A stretch of 64,000 nt of DNA from Anaeramoeba ignava BMAN (Eukaryota; Protista; Anaeramoebae), in NCBI GenBank assembly GCA_028826165.1, contig JAPDFW010000145.1, forward strand, positions 1 to 64,000, written 5' to 3'. A program made the position numbers and the translations under genes. Numbering within the stretch: the first letter of the stretch is position 1; each line of letters begins with the position of its first letter. The notes under the pieces are model-generated. The model saw nothing but the letters and a program-made list of their open reading frames with translations. It had not been told where the DNA came from and made no database searches. Positions 1 through 12,448 of this stretch are shown piece by piece.

Positions 1-551
1 GAAAAACAAAAGTGAAATACCGCTACTCTTGGTATCATATTACTAATTTGTTTAAGTGGGTAAATAAATAAATTATTTTATTCTAATTTATTTATAATAT
101 TAATTTTAAATAAAAATAAATAAAACCCAATCCAAAATTTTATATTTTTTTAAATTATTTTATTTAAATATAAAAACAACAAAAACAAGATCAGGTGGGG
201 AGTTTGGCTGGGGCGGCACGACTGCTATAAAATAACGCAGACGTCCTAAGAGAAGCTCAAGAAGAACAGAAATCATGTTTAGAACATAAGGGTAAAAGCT
301 TCTTTAAATTAAATTTTCAGTAAGAATAAAAAGTGTGAAAGCATGGCCTAGCGATCCTTTAAAAATATTCAATGAAATCTATAAATTTAAAGTAGATAAT
401 GAAATTAGAGGTGTCAGAAAAGTTACCTGAGGGATAACTGGCTTGTGGCAGCCGAGCGTTCAAAGCGACGTTGCTTTTTGATTCTTCGATGTCGGCTCTT
501 CCTATCCTATTCTTGTATAAGGGAATAAGGGTCGGATTGTTCACCCGTTAA

Positions 552-605
<54 letters not shown>

Positions 606-1030
606 CATTTATTTAAATAAAATAAAAATAAAAAGTATTTTGATAGTAATACAACATAGTACGAGAGGAACTGTTGTTTCAGATTAAAGGTAAAATGATT
701 TGGATGAATAAGCAATGATTAGAAGCTTATATCTGAAGGATTATGGCTGAAAGCCTCTAAGCCAGAAACCAAACTAAATTAATAAAATACTCATTTTAAA
801 AATCAAAACTTCATTTATTAAAAACAATAATTTAAAATAAATTTTATATTAATAAAATTGAAAAATATTTATATATAAAAATGAAGAATAAAAATATTCA
901 GTAAACGACTTTAAAATAGAACAAGGGATTGTAAGTAGTAGAGTAAGATTTTTAAATAAATAATTTTTATATTTTATTTATTTAAAAATAAATACGATCT
1001 ATTGAGATTTAACCTTTTGTTCTTATATTT
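1..1030 (+). rRNA. Eukaryotic large-subunit (28S/26S) rRNA, 3' portion (domains V-VI)
   Basis: Conserved LSU motifs: GGGGAGTTTGGCTGGGGCGGCA (~197), GGGATAACTGGCTTGTGGC (~431), GATGTCGGCTCTTCCTATC (~489), GAGCTGGGTTTAGACCGTCGTGAGACAGGTTAGTTTTACCCTAC (562-605) and the sarcin-ricin loop AGTACGAGAGGAAC (658-671). The 3' end GATCTATTGAGATTTAACCTTTTGTTC resembles the eukaryotic 25S/28S terminus. The 5' part lies outside the window. Confidence 0.98.
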
Positions 1031-1854
1031 TTAAAAATAAAAAATATTATTTAAGGGGGAAACATATATTTTTTATTTTTTATTTTTATTTTTATTTTTT
1101 ATTTTTTATTTTTTATTTTTATTTTTATTTTTTATTTTTTATTTTTTATTAATTAATTATAAATGAGGATAAAATTTATGATTAATGATGTAAAAATGAT
1201 GTAAAATTAATATTAATTTTATTCCAAAAAAATATTAAAAATTCAAAAATTTATTATAAATTTAGAATAAAATAATACAAAATTAAATCAATACAAAAAA
1301 ATTAATATTAAATTTATATTAAATTTATTTTTGTTTAAAAAATTCAAACTCCAAAATATAAAAATAAAAACCAAAATATTCCCAAATAAAACTCTTCTTC
1401 TTTTTATTTATTTTAAATCAATTTACTATCTAAATCTGTAATTACTTTATTAATTAATTTACTTTTAAATTTATTTATTTTCAAATTCTGAATTAATTTA
1501 TTTAATTTATTCTATTTATTTCTATTAGATAAAATCTTTATTTTATTTTTATTCATCTCCAATTTCCTAAAATAAAAATAAAATAAAAAATCAATAATTT
1601 CAAAAATCTAAATTTATATCATTATTTATAATTATAATTTATTAAAGGTAATTAATTAAATTTCTTTTTCACTTCATTTAGATTCAATTTATCTGATTAT
1701 TATTTATTATTTATTTATTTATTATTTTAAATTATTTTATTTTTATTAATAAATTTTGATTTGGAAAATATCAATCAATTAATTAATAATCAATCAATAA
1801 TTTATTTCTAATTCATTTCATTTTTTTTTCATTTCCAAAATTTAAATCCAAATT

Positions 1855-3960
1855 TAAATCAATTTATTTATATATATTATAAACAAATTTATAACAAAAT
1901 ACTTTATTAATTTAATTTCCAATTTATTTATAATTTATATTCAAAAAATAAAAAATCAATTTCTCTCTATATATAAAATATATAAATTTAATTTTCAATT
2001 TATTTATAATTTAAATTAAAAATAAAAATCAATTTATTTTATATATATTATAAACATATTTATAACAAAATAATTTATTAATTTAATTCCCAATTTATTT
2101 ATAATTTATATTCAAAAATAAAAATCAATTTCTCTCTATATATAAAAATATATAAATTTAATTTTCAATTTATTTCAATTTAAATTTAAAAATAAAAAAT
2201 CAATTTATTTATATATATTATAAACAAATTTATAAACAAAATAATTTATTAATTTAATTCCCAATTTATTTATAATTTATATTCAAAAATAAAAATCAAT
2301 TTCTCTCTATATATAAAAATATATAAATTTATTTTTCAATTTATTTATAATTCAAAATTAAAATTAAAAATAAAAATCAATTTATTTATATATATTATAA
2401 ACATATTTATAACAAAATAATTAATAAATTTAATTTTCAATTTATTTATAATTTATATTCAAAAAATAAAAAATCAATTTCTCTCTATATATAAAATATA
2501 TAAATTTATTTTTCAATTTATTTTATAATTCAAATTAAAAATAAAAATCAATTTATTTATATATATTATAAACAAATTTATAACAAAATAATTAATTAAT
2601 TTAATTCCCAATTTATTTATAATTTATATTCAAAAATAAAAATCAATTTCTCTCTATATATAAAATATATAAATTTAATTTTTAATTTATTTATAATTCA
2701 AATTAAAAATAAAAATCAATTTATTTATATATATAATAAACATATTTATAATAAAAATAATTAATCAATTTAATTTCCAATTTATTTATAATTTATATTC
2801 AAAAATAAAAATCAATTTCTCTCTATATATAAAATATATAAATTTATTTTTAATTTATTTATAATTTAAATTTAAAATAAAAAATCAATTTATTTATATA
2901 TATTATAAACAAAATTTATAATAAAATAATTAATTAATTTAATTCCCAATTTATAAATTTATATTCAAAAATAAAAATCAATTTTTCTCTCTATATATAA
3001 AATATATAAATTTATTTTTAATTTATTTCAATTCAAATTAAAAATAAAAAAAATCAATTTATTTATATATATAATAAACATATTTATAATAAAATAATTA
3101 ATTAATTTTTAATTTTCAATTTATTTATAATTTTATTAAAAAATAAAATTTCAATTTCTAAAATATAAATTTTAATAAAATATATGAATTTAATTTTTCA
3201 ATTTATTTATAATTCAAATTTAAAAATAAAAAAATCAATTTATTTATATATATTATAAACAAATTTATAATAAAAATAATTAATCAATTTAATTTTCAAT
3301 TTATTTATAATTTATATTCAAAAATAAAAATCAATTTCTCTCTATATATAAAATATATAAATTTAATTTTTAATTTATTTATAATTTAAATTAAAAATAA
3401 AAATCAATTTATTTATATATATTATAAACAAATTTATAATAAAATAATTTATAAATTTAATTTCCAATTTATTTATAATTTTATATTCAAAAATAAAAAT
3501 CAATTTCTCTATATATAAAATATATAAATTTAATTTTCAATTTATTTATAATTTAAATTCAAAAATAAAAACCAATTTATTTATATATATTATAAACAAA
3601 TTTATAACAAAATAATTTATAAATTTAATTCCCAATTTATTTTATAATTTATATTCAAAAATAAAAATCAATTTCTTTTATATATAAAATATATAAATTT
3701 AATTTATAATTAAAATTCAAAAATAAAAAAAATCAATTTATTTTATATATATTATAAAACAAATTTATAATAAAATAATTAATCAATTTAATTTCCAATT
3801 TATTTTATAATTTATATTCAAAAATAAAAATCAATTTCTCTCTATATATAAAATATATAAATTTATTTTTCAATTTATTTCAATTTAAAATTAAAAATAA
3901 AAAAAATCAATTTATTTATATATATTATAAACAAATTTATAACAAAATAATTTATAAATT
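1855..3960. repeat. ~170-bp tandem satellite (about 12 copies; internally a dimer of ~85-bp subunits)
   Basis: Marker AATCAATTTCTCTCTATATATAAAA recurs at ~1956, 2125, 2295, 2473, 2641, 2810 and onward. Confidence 0.92.
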
Positions 3961-6467
3961 TAAATTCAAAAATAAAAAATCAATAATTTCAAAAATCTAA
4001 ATTTATACTTATTTATATCATTATTTATATTTATAATTTATCAAAGGTAATTAATTAATTAATTAAATTTCTTTTTCACTTCATTTAGATTCAATTTATC
4101 TGATTATTATTTATTATTTATTTATTTATTATTTTAAATTATTTTATTTTTATTAATAAATTTTGATTTGGAAAATATCAATCAATTAATTAATAATCAA
4201 TCAATAATTTATTTCTAATTCATTTCATTTTTTTTTCATTTCCAAAATTTAAATCAAAATTTAAATCAAAATTTAAATTCAAAATCAAATTCAAATCAAA
4301 TCAAATTAAATTCAAAATTTAAATCAAATTCAAAATTCAAAATCTATTGATAATTTGTTCTGAAAATAAAATCTAAATATAAATATAAAAAAAATCAAAT
4401 TGATATTATTTTTATATGTTTTATTTAGAAACAAAAAAAAATCATCAAATTTGTTTTGTTTTTGTTTGTTTGTTTCATTTCTTTTAATATTTTTATCTAA
4501 AATAAATAAATAAATTAAAAATCCAATTTTTCTTTTTCTTTTCTTTTCTTTTTTTATTGATTCAAAATATTCCATAAAAATAAAAATAAAAAATAAAAAA
4601 AAATTGATTATTAATTTTTTTATAAGTTTTTGGAATTCCTTAAAATGTCTGTATTCATTTTAAAATATTTATCATTTTATTATTTTATTATTTATTTTTA
4701 TTATTAATAAATTTAAATTATTGATTTTATTTCTATTCTTAATTTTATATTTAATTTTAAATTATAAAATTATATTTTATTATTTATTTTTTTTATTATT
4801 AATAAAATTTAAATTATTTATTTTATTTCTATTATTAATTTTATATTTATTTTCAAATTATAAAATTATATTTTATTATTTATTTTTATTATTAATTATT
4901 TAATTAATTAATTATTTTTTTTGAAAACTTTTTATTTCAAGACAATTTAATAACTAAATCCAAAACTACTTTATTAACTAATTTACTTGTAATTTTATTT
5001 TAATTCACAAAATTTATAAATTTATAGATTAATTAATTAATTTTACTTATATTTTTATTTTTATATTAGATAAAATCTTTATTTTATTCATTTTCAATTC
5101 TTCCAAAAAAAAAATCATTATTTATAATCCACAATTTACCAAAATTAATTAATTAATTATTTATTTATTTATTTATTGAATTAATGAAACTCCTTTTTCA
5201 CTTCATTTAGATTAGATTAGATTAGATTAGATTCAATTTATCTGATTATTTATTTATTTATTTATTATTATTCATTTATTAATTTATTCCAAATTATTTT
5301 TATTTATATTTTTATTTATAAATAAATGGATTTTGATTTGGAAAATATCATTAATTAATTAATTAATAAATTATTTCTAATTTTCATTTTTCATTTTTCA
5401 TTTTTCATTTTTTTCATTTTTTTTTTCTTAGAAGAATAAAAATAAAAATAAGAATAAAAATAAAAATAAAAATAAAAATTACCTTCACAAAATGAAAGGA
5501 AATCTCAAAAACTAATAAAATATTCAATCCAATCCAATCCAATTCAATTCAATTCCAATTCAATTCAATTCAATTCAATTCAATTCAAAAGTAAATTTAT
5601 TTATTTATTTACTTAAAAATTTAAAAATTTAATTTTATTTTTATTTCAATTATAAATAATTAAATAATAAATTTAAATTAATTATTTTATTTCTATTATT
5701 TATTTTATATTTAATTTAAATTATAAAATTATATTTTATTATTTATTATTGATTATTTATTTAATTAATTATTTATATTATTTTTATTTCAATTATAAAT
5801 AATTAAATAATAAATTTAAATTAATTATTTTATTTCTATTATTTAATTTATTATTTTATTTCTATTATTTTTTATTAGGTTAAATAGGTTTTAAATTGAA
5901 AATTTTGATTAGTGCTTTTATTTTTTAAAAACAAAAAAACAAAAAAAATTCACTTTCAAAAACATTTTAATTAATGTAATCTTTATAAAATCAAAATCAA
6001 AATCAAAATCAAAATCAAAATAAAAATAAAAATCATGTAAACTTTGAATGTAATTAATTATAATTAATTAATTTATTTATTATTTATTTATTTATAAATT
6101 AAAAATTATTTTAGATTTTAATTAATTAATTAATAAATAAATAAATAAATAATAAAAGATTGAAGTAAATAAATAATATAAACAAAAAAAATGAAAATGA
6201 AAATAAAAATAAAAATAAACTTTCAAAGTAATTGAAATTTAGATACAATTCCTTAATTAAAATTATTCTAAATTTAAATAAAAAAAATTGAAAAGAAAAA
6301 ATGGAAAAAAAATGTTTTTGTGGATTTTTTTTTTTAAAAAGTGGAATTCATTTTTTTCTTCTTCTTTCATTTTTCTTTTTATATATATATAATATATAAA
6401 TAAATCTATTGAAAATTTGAAAAATAAAAATAAAAATAAAAATAAAAATAAAAATAAAAATAAAAAA

Positions 6468-6563
6468 GGGGGATGTTCATCTTTGGCAATGTTTTAAGCT
6501 TTGAAATTAGCCACCCGCCCAAAGAAAAAGCTGGTGTTAACATACTCACCCGAGTCTACGCCC
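6468..6563. ncRNA. GC-rich structured island A, copy 1 (candidate pseudoknotted ncRNA or cis element; unidentified)
   Basis: 96-nt GC island in near-pure AT DNA. Pairings: GGATGTT/AACATAC, TCTTTGG/CCAAAGA, TGGCAAT/ATTAGCCA, and a crossing AGCTTT/AAAGCT. Identical copy at 24056-24151. Confidence 0.35.
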
Positions 6564-6691
6564 TTATTTATTTCTAATTATTAATTATTAATCAATCCAA
6601 ATTAAATCAATTTAAAATCAATTTAATAATTAATAATTCTAATCAAAATTGAACAATATAAGAACAATAATGAAAAGAAATAAATAAGAAA

Positions 6692-6841
6692 CGCGACATT
6701 TGTCGTCTTCGTGTAAAGCCCCAAGTCGTCAACTGAGCCTCCCCGCCGTAGCGTAGCGGAGAGGCCGAAGGCCGGTGCATTGGGGGAGGTGAAGTTGAAA
6801 AAGACATTGGAGCATTTACTCGAAAAACGACAAAGTACGCG
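6692..6841. other. GC-rich long imperfect hairpin B, copy 1, with GNA-triloop mini-hairpins at the apex
   Basis: Nested arms CGCG/CGCG, TTTGTCGT/ACGACAAA, TTCG/CGAA, GTAAA/TTTAC, GCCCCAA/TTGGAGC, GTC/GAC, TCAACT/AGTTGA, CCTCCCC/GGGGAGG. The apex has GCGTAGC and GGCCGAAGGCC. Confidence 0.8.
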
Positions 6842-7694
6842 ATATGATCTCATATATTTATATTTTTATATTTATATTTATATATTTATATTTATATATT
6901 TTATTTCAAGTAAATTTAATATCTAAATCCAAAAATTACTTTATTAACTAATTTATTATTTGTAAGTTTATTTTAATTTCCAAAAATAAATAAATTAATT
7001 AATTAATTTTATTCTATTTATAATTAATATTTATTCTATTTTATTTTTATATTTATATTTATATTAGATAAAATGTTTATTTTATTTTATTTTTATTTTA
7101 TTTTATTTTATTCATCTCCATTTCCAAAATAAAAATAATTCCAAAAAAAATCTAAATTTATATTTATTAATATCTATCATTATTTATAATTATAATTTAT
7201 CAAAATTAATTAATGGAATTTCTTTTTTCAATTAAATTAAATTAGATTAAATTAGATTTATCTATTATTCTAAATTATTTATCATTTTAAATTACTTTAT
7301 TTATTTATTTTATTTTTGTTTTTATTTTTAAATAATAAATAAATAAATTTTGATTTTGATTTTGGAAAATATCATTAATTGATTAATAAATAATAAAATA
7401 AAATAAATCAATAATTTATTTCTAATTCATTTTTGTTTTTGTTTTTTGTTTTTGTTTTTTAATAATTTTTATTTTTAAATTTCCAAATTCATTTTTCATT
7501 TTTCATTTTTCATTTTTTTTTCTTTTCAAAGAATATTTATAAATATAAATATAAATATAAAAATTACCTTTAGAAAATGAAAGGAAACACCAAACACTAA
7601 AAAAATATTCAATTCAATTTAATTTAAAAGTAAATTTAGATTATTAATTTATTTATTTATTTATTTACAATTTAAAAATTTAATTTAAATTCTT

Positions 7695-8765
7695 ATTTCA
7701 ATTATAAATAATTAAATAATAAATTTAAATTATTTATTTTATTTCTATTATTAATTTTATATTTATTTTAAATTATAAAATTATTTTTATTATTTATTTT
7801 ATTTTTATTATTAATTATTTAATTAATTATTTTTATTATTTTTATTTTAATTATAAATAATTAAATAATAAATTTAAATTAAATATTTTATTTCTATTAT
7901 TTATTTTATATTTATTTTAAATTATAAAATTATTTTTATTATTTATTTTTATTATTAATTATTTATTAAATTATTTTTATTATTTTTATTTCAATTATAA
8001 ATAATTAAATAATAAATTTAATTTAAATATTTTATTTCTATTCTTAATTTTATATTTATTTTCAAATTATAAAATTATATTTTATTATTTATTTTTATTA
8101 TTACTTATTTAATTAATTGTTTTTATTATTTTTATTTCAATTATAAATAATTAAATAATAAATTTAAATTAATTATTTATTTCTATTATTAATTTTATAT
8201 TTATTTTAAATTATAAAACTATTTTTATTATTTATTTTTATTATTAATTATTTAATTAATTATTTTTATTATTTTTATTTCAATTATAAATAATTAAATA
8301 ATAAATTTAAATTAAATATTTTATTTCTATTATTAATTTTATATTTATTTTAAATTATAAAATTATATTTTATTATTTATTTTTATTATTAATTATTTAA
8401 TTAATTATTTTTATTATTTTTATTTCAATTATAAATAATTAAATAATAAATTTAAATTGATTATTTTATTTCTATTATTAATTTTATATTTATTTCAAAT
8501 TATAAAATTATTTTTTATTATTTATTTTTATTATTAATTATTTAATTAAATATTTATATTATTTTTATTTCAATTATAAATAATTAAATAATAAATTTAA
8601 ATTATATATTTTATTTCTATTATTAATTTTATATTTATTTCAAATTATAAAATTATATTTTATTATTTATTTTTATTATTATTTATTTAATTAATTATTT
8701 TTATTATTTTTATTTCAATTATAAATAATTAAATAATAAATTTAAATTAATTATTTTATTTCTAT
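7695..8765. repeat. 145-bp AT-rich tandem satellite
   Basis: CAATTATAAATAATTAAATAATAAATTTAAATT recurs at 8281, 8426, 8571 and 8716 (period 145). Confidence 0.92.
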
Positions 8766-9271
8766 TATTTAATTTATTATTTTATTTCTATTATTTTTTA
8801 TTAGGTTAAATAGGTTTTAAATTGAAAATTTTGATTAGTGCTTTTATTTTTTAAAAACAAAAAAACAAAAAAAATTCACTTTCAAAAACATTTTAATTAA
8901 TGTAATCTTTATAAAATCAAAAATCAAAAATCAAAAATGAAAAGAATTTATAATTAATTGATTAATTAATTGATTCTAAATTAATTAATACAAGATTCAA
9001 AAATAATTAACAAAATCTTTTTAATTATTTAAAATATAAAAGAATCAAAAAATAATCAATATTAATATTAATAATAATAATATTAAAATCAATTTTTCTT
9101 TCAATATCAATAATCAAAACAAAAAAACTATTCATTAACAAAATAAATTTATTAATATTAATTCTAAATTTTTAATTTTTAATTTTAATTATAATTTACA
9201 TTTATTGAAGGAAATTTCTTATTGTTGTTCTTGTTGATAATTTAAAACAAAAATAACGAAAAATAAATTGA

Positions 9272-9550
9272 TTGATTTTCAGATTTATTTTCAGATTTAT
9301 TTTCAGATTTATTTTCAGATTGATTTTCAGATTTATTTTCAGATTGATTTTCAGATTGATTTTAAGATTGATTTTAAGATTGATTTTAAGATTGATTTTA
9401 AGATTTATTTTAAGATTGATTTTAAGATTGATTTTAAGATTTATTTTAAGATTGATTTTAAGATTGATTTTCAGATTGATTTTCAGATTTATTTTAAGAT
9501 TTATTTTCAGATTTATTTTAAGATTGATTTTAAGATTTATTTTAAGATTG
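9272..9550. repeat. 12-bp minisatellite (TTTTCAGATTTA and variants)
   Basis: Tandem units ATTTT(C/A)AGATT(T/G). Source of the FIFR/IYFQ pseudo-ORFs. Confidence 0.95.
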
Positions 9551-9710
9551 ATGATATTCTTTTTATTTTTATTTTTATATTTTTATTTTTATTTATTTGG
9601 ATAATTTGGCTTTTAAAAAAATGATTTAGAAACTATTGAATGAATAATTTATAAACAAAATTAATTGATTTATTTATATTTATATTTTATTTTTTTCGAT
9701 TTGTTTTTTT

Positions 9711-10005
<295 letters not shown>

Positions 10006-10239
10006 TAAAATAAAAGAAATGATTTTGTTTATTGTTTGATTTGGAAGAATGGGAAAAAAATTCAGTATTATTTGAGAGTTAATTGACAATTAGATTATGG
10101 ATTCAGGAGCATCAATCATAATGTGATTATCCATTTATTATGATTCCATCATATATTCTCCAATATTTTGATTTAGAAATAGTAAGTAAGTTCAATAGAA
10201 ATCCTTATGCAAATTAATTATTGCTCGATTCTCCTCCTT

Positions 10240-12322
10240 CTAATTTTCATCTGATGATTCTTTTTCTGCATTTATTGGAACAAAAAATCTTCGTTGTTGC
10301 TGTTGCTGAATAACTTTGTAAGTTGAATGATCTTCTTTATTAACCAAATCTATATTTTGGTTGCCTCTATAATTTTGCTCTTCAGTTTCTGTTTGTTGAA
10401 ATTGCTCAGAAAATTCAGAGAATTGAAGCTTCTTTTTGCTCTTCATTTTTGGTTTTTGGTGTTTTAAAAAAGTAGTTGATTTTGATTTTGATTTTGATTT
10501 TGATTTTCGATTTCGATTTTGATTTTGATTTTGATTTTGGTTTTGATTTTGATTTTCGATTTCGATTTCGATTTTGATTTTGATTTTGATTTTGATTTTG
10601 ATTTTGATTTTGATTTTGATTTTGATTTTGGTTTTGATTTTGATTTTGATTTTGGTTTTGATTTTGGTTTTGGTTTTGGTTTTGATTTTGATTTTGATTT
10701 TGATTTTGATTTTGATTTTGATTTTGATTTTGATTTTGATTTTGATTTTGGTTTTGGTTCTAGTTCTACTTCTACTTCGGGTTCTATTTCTTGTTCTGAT
10801 TGTGATTGCGATTCTGATCTTGAATTTGAATTTGAATTTGATTTTGAATTTGAAATTTGAAATTGAAATAGATTGTGTTTGCGATTTTGAATTTGAATTT
10901 GATTTTGATTTTGAATTTGAAATTGAAATAGATTGTGTTTGCGATTTTGATTTTGATTTTGATTTTGATTTTGATTTTGATTTTGATTTGGAAATATATT
11001 CTTCTTTTCCATTTTCATTTATATCAGGTATTCTGGATTGGGATCGTGTCTGAATGCGAGCAAGTCTTCTAGATGTATTTGATTCATTTCTTTTTGGTAA
11101 AAAAACTCTTCTTTGGCTTCGGTAATTTGAGCGGTTATTGGCATGAGTATTATTAGAAAGATTATTGGTAAAATAATGATGTTGATTATTATTATTATTG
11201 TTGTTGGTGATGGTGGTCGTGTTGCTTTTATTCCTATCGTTGTTTAGATTATCATTTGTAATATTTGAAATATGACTAATATCAAAAGAATATAATTTCG
11301 TTTTTGTTTTTTTTTTTTTTTTTTGTTTTTGTTTTTTTACTTATTTCTCCTTTGATTTTGGATTAACTTTTGTTTTTTCACTTCAGGATCGTTTTCTTGA
11401 TGAAGTATATGCAAATTTTCCTCCATATTAACAAGTGTGGGATTGGTTCTTTTTGGGGGATTATTATTCCTTCTAGTTTGTTTCCAATCAAGAATTTCCT
11501 TATTAATATTTTCTTCCAGATATTGTTCTGATGCGTTATTCACACATCTAGAATATATGTATCTTCTTTTTTCACCTTCTCGGATATTATTTGCGCATCT
11601 CTTAAATATTTCTAGAGTTCCAAGATCGCGCATTTCGTTTTCGCAAGGACAAATATGTGGTTTACTTTTGTATTGAAAGCATAATGAACACTTTTTTTTT
11701 TGTGAAGAATTTTGGCTCTCTCGACCATCACCTTGATGATCTTGGTTAGTTTGGATTTTTGCTTTTGTTTTCTTTTATATATATATATATATATTTCAAA
11801 AGAAAAATTACCTAATTCCTGTTCTCGACGCATTCTCCTCTGTTCACCTGAATATGGAGAGATATTTCTTCTTGTATTTTCATTTACATATGTGTGATTC
11901 GAGAAGACTTGATCAATTTCGGATTCATTCTCTTCATAAGATCTTTCCAAAAAGGGGAAGTTATCGAGGGAATTATCCATATCTGTTTCATAAAAATGTT
12001 CATCTCCTAAAATATGGGATGAATTCTCAAAGAGTGGAGGAATTGGAGGTTTCATATCTTCGTTATTTTGATTTCTTAAAATTTCAATGGCTTTCAAAAA
12101 AGCAGTTGCATCTATAAAATAACTTCTCCAAAGTTGTGTGACAATTTCAATACTTTCTGCAGTTGAATATGTTTGAACCGAACCTATAATTTTGAATCTT
12201 AATAAGCAATTCACAATGGTTTCACTTTGGTAACCTAGTGAAAAAATCATTTGGAGTTCCTTCTTTAATTCCTGAAAAGTCTCTTCCTCGTTTTCGTTAT
12301 TTTCATCAAGTTCAATTTCCAT
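10240..12322 (-). CDS. Spliced passenger gene of unknown function (N-terminal helical domain, CxxC-x7-HxC motif, Asn- and Ser/Lys-rich low-complexity tail; apparent frameshifts in the repeat tract)
   Basis: ATG at 12322 (MEIELDENNE...). Intron 1 at 11811-11741 (GTAATT...ACTAACCAAG) joins ...RREQEL in frame to DHQGDGRESQNSSQKKKCSLCFQYKSKPHICPCENEMRDLG (ORF 11337-11633). Intron 2 at 11340-11276 (GTAAAA...ATTAG) continues NHISNITNDNLNNDRNK...RIPDINENGKEEYISKSKS. Frame slips occur inside the (TCAAAA)n tract. The last segment is ...STTFLKHQKPKMKSKKK...SSDEN-stop at 10240. Confidence 0.65.
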
Positions 12323-12448
12323 GTTAAAGCAAAAAAAAATGAAAACACAAAAAAATGAAAACAAAAAAATGAAAACAAAAAAATGAAAAACAAAAATGAA
12401 AAACAAAAATGAAAACAAAAATGAAAACAAAATGAAATATATTTTCAT

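Noticed and set aside
359-544. 61-aa ORF on the minus strand
   Set aside because: Antisense to the conserved LSU rRNA core, a common spurious ORF.
1161-1177. GAGGATAAAATTT matching the reverse complement of the Crypton left junction
   Set aside because: Only ~13 AT-rich bases, with no further element sequence around it.
6468-6853. Islands A/B as 5S rRNA, tRNA-Sec, U1 or SRP RNA, and the 76-aa and 60-aa ORFs over them
   Set aside because: No 5S box A/C or tRNA T-loop (GTTCRA). ATACTCACCC is not followed by U1 stems or an Sm site. The SRP helix-8 AGG/AGCAG loop is not formed. The ORF start differs between the two copies by an indel.
10030-10240. Coding-looking tail past the passenger-gene stop, suggesting stop reassignment or C-to-T (RIP-like) damage
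   Set aside because: About five stops in ~55 codons, including TGA, is what random AT-rich DNA gives. The long transposon ORFs read normally in the standard code.
10519-12117. Plus-strand ORFs 10519-10860, 10574-11053, 11437-11676, 11712-11897 and 11854-12117
   Set aside because: Antisense shadows of the minus-strand gene or of hexamer repeats.
10240-12322. Passenger gene as a Fanzor/TnpB nuclease
   Set aside because: No RuvC D-E-D motifs (e.g. DPG or DxNAA) and no paired C-terminal CxxC zinc ribbon in the spliced product.
12323-12448. Hydrophobic N-terminal extension of ORF 11612-12448
   Set aside because: Translation of an intergenic (AAAATGAAAAC)-type repeat. The plausible start is the ATG at 12322.
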